64,000 nt of DNA from Raillietiella orientalis (lineage: Eukaryota), in contig JAYWIR010000004.1 of assembly GCA_036172245.1 (NCBI GenBank), positions 372,001 to 436,000 on the forward strand. The letters are read 5' to 3'. The position numbers were made by a program, and so were the translations under genes. Each line of letters starts with the position of its first letter. The stretch's first letter is position 1. This document shows positions 62,250 through 64,000 of the stretch, piece after piece. The notes under the pieces are model-generated. The model saw nothing but the letters and a program-made list of their open reading frames with translations, was not told the origin of the DNA and searched no databases.

Positions 62250-62900
62250 TTTGGCTACATTGGATTAGCAAAGCATTTTATGAAAGGCGGGAGTGAAATG
62301 GAGGCCATCAAATAAAACCAGATCATTGATCTAGTGTCTTCGATTTTTTAAAAATGATTTACTAAAAAAGGATGCGAAGCAAGTTGCATCGAATCCTTCA
62401 CGCATCTAAAAGCACTTGCACCTTTCCTGTTTATGAAAAATTTGCGAGACTTTCATTTATGGTTCATTTGGAATTGATTTGTCTCCACAATCAGATCTAT
62501 GTACTCCATCGAGTGAGCACCCTCGGATCGTTACGACCCTTCTTTGCTCCATAATCTTCGATTCGATCAAAGCACCAGAAGTGGATCATCACGCATAATC
62601 TAAACATCGCTACAGGTGGTGATGATTCTCTAATTTCGCCACTGGGACGAGATGCAAGGGTTGAAGTGAATAACGGATTTTAGAGTAGTCTACAGATATG
62701 GCGATGCATCCATCGTCGGCTGGTTGTGCTTGCCATAATGTGTTTTGTAGGCACGCAGGAACAAAACTTGTAGTTTGTAGGCCGTGCACCTGTTGGAACC
62801 AAGGTCGCATCTTCGCAATTTCTACGATGGCCTCGCTTTGTGCACGGGCACGAAAGCAGCAGCAGCCAGTTTGTTTGTCAAGTTTGTTTAGCTGTAGACA
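62250..62900 (+). pseudogene. Possible protein kinase fossil (TKL-like)
   Basis: SKLHRILH..ARLSF..LELICLHNQIYVLHRV (cf. GL.YLH...IIHRD) and ITDF (~62670). Disrupted. Confidence 0.3.
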
Positions 62901-63149
62901 CGGAAACACAACACAGACGCCAAGGTGAGCGCTCATGGGTTCCGTATGTCCTTCGCGAAGGCATGACTTTAACGGGCTTCTCCAGGTATGTTCAAACATT
63001 AAAGACGGCATTCTTACGCGATGAACGAAAAGAGGGAAAGGAAATCCAATTCATGCTGGAAGAAAAGAAAACAGCGATTCTATTTCTACAGGGGGAGCGG
63101 GAAAGACCTGCAGATAATTACGGTGCCTTGAGAGCACGGATGTGGGACT

Positions 63150-64000
63150 AACGTGATGGTATCGAAGCAAGCGAGGGGTCTTCCGAAAGTCGGAGTTTAT
63201 CTCGAGCGCTTTGACCCCAGCGCCACATACCTGTGGGAGGAAGATGAGCGTTTTGCGTTCCCCCCCGGTGGTTCCGCGTTTGGCTGCAGCCGCTGCCGGC
63301 GTTCCACGGATTTTCCGATCGGGAAATCACGGAACACACACCTTCCGCGAGTTTTCTCCTCGAGTTATCTTCGCACGCCCGAGTCCTCGAAAGTGTGTCA
63401 GAAATCGGTATTTAAACAGAAAAAAGAGACCCTAAGTTGCCGATGCAGACGAGCGAGGTCGGGGAGCGACAGGGACTTGTTCTTCTGTTCCATCATAGGG
63501 AAACACGAAAATGAAGTCCTGTCTTCCTCTCGCTCTATTTCGTACCTGTGGCAACCCTGCCATGAGTGAGGCTAGGGAAACGCTGGTAGCTGGTGTTAAG
63601 GTGAGGCGCGTACGGTACCGGAGGCCTGCAGCCGCGTACGTGGCTCGTGTGCCCCCTGACTGACCCTCTCCTCACGTTCTGAGGCGCGTCTCCGGCTCTG
63701 CATTCTTCCGTGCAACGTGCGATACGGGGTCCCTTGGCCAGTGACAACCCCACGGACTCTCCCGTCCTCACTGGACCAGCGACTTCTTCATGTCTAACGG
63801 TAGGCAGCAGGGCATGGACACGGAAGAACAGGGGTTGTTTGGACCTTTGGTTGCTGGGCAACAGGTCCCCTTGCACACGTTTGCTAACTTTCTCTGAAAA
63901 AGCAGGCGGCTTGGAGGAAAGCTGGCTTGGTAAAGTAGGTCGTTGGGAGGGGGAGAAGGCCTGGATAGTAGGTGAAATAGTCACTGCCCGAGAAGAGGCT
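63150..64000 (+). mobile_element. Decayed DIRS-like RT fragment, continuing beyond the window
   Basis: YLWEE.ERFAF..AFGCS / VPRIF (cf. Y.F..LPFGL..APR.F) and the return to GC-rich composition. Confidence 0.4.

Overview
Eukaryotic nuclear DNA, most likely from an arthropod (arthropod-type strand layout in the mitochondrial insertions, a peritrophin-type chitin-binding gene, a T-armless mitochondrial trnW). No prokaryotic operons or CRISPR arrays. The window alternates between two kinds of block. GC-rich blocks (~1-18.3 kb, ~40-55 kb, ~63-64 kb) consist almost entirely of heavily decayed DIRS-type (tyrosine-recombinase) retrotransposons and L1/Tx1-type LINEs. AT-rich blocks hold four compact spliced genes with many 42-59 nt introns (RAD51D, a small CCCH zinc-finger gene, WIP/verprolin, MRPL44). 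A fifth intact gene, a secreted mucin-CBM14 protein, appears to sit inside a fossil DIRS recombinase. The apparently empty AT-rich intergenic DNA carries motif remnants of about six intronless NACHT (NLR-like) NTPase pseudogenes, a BIR-BIR-RING (IAP-like) fossil and a kinase fossil. Three internally scrambled mitochondrial insertions (NUMTs) interrupt these fossils. Fossil calls rest on motifs recognised by eye across frameshifts, so their boundaries are approximate and need HMM confirmation.
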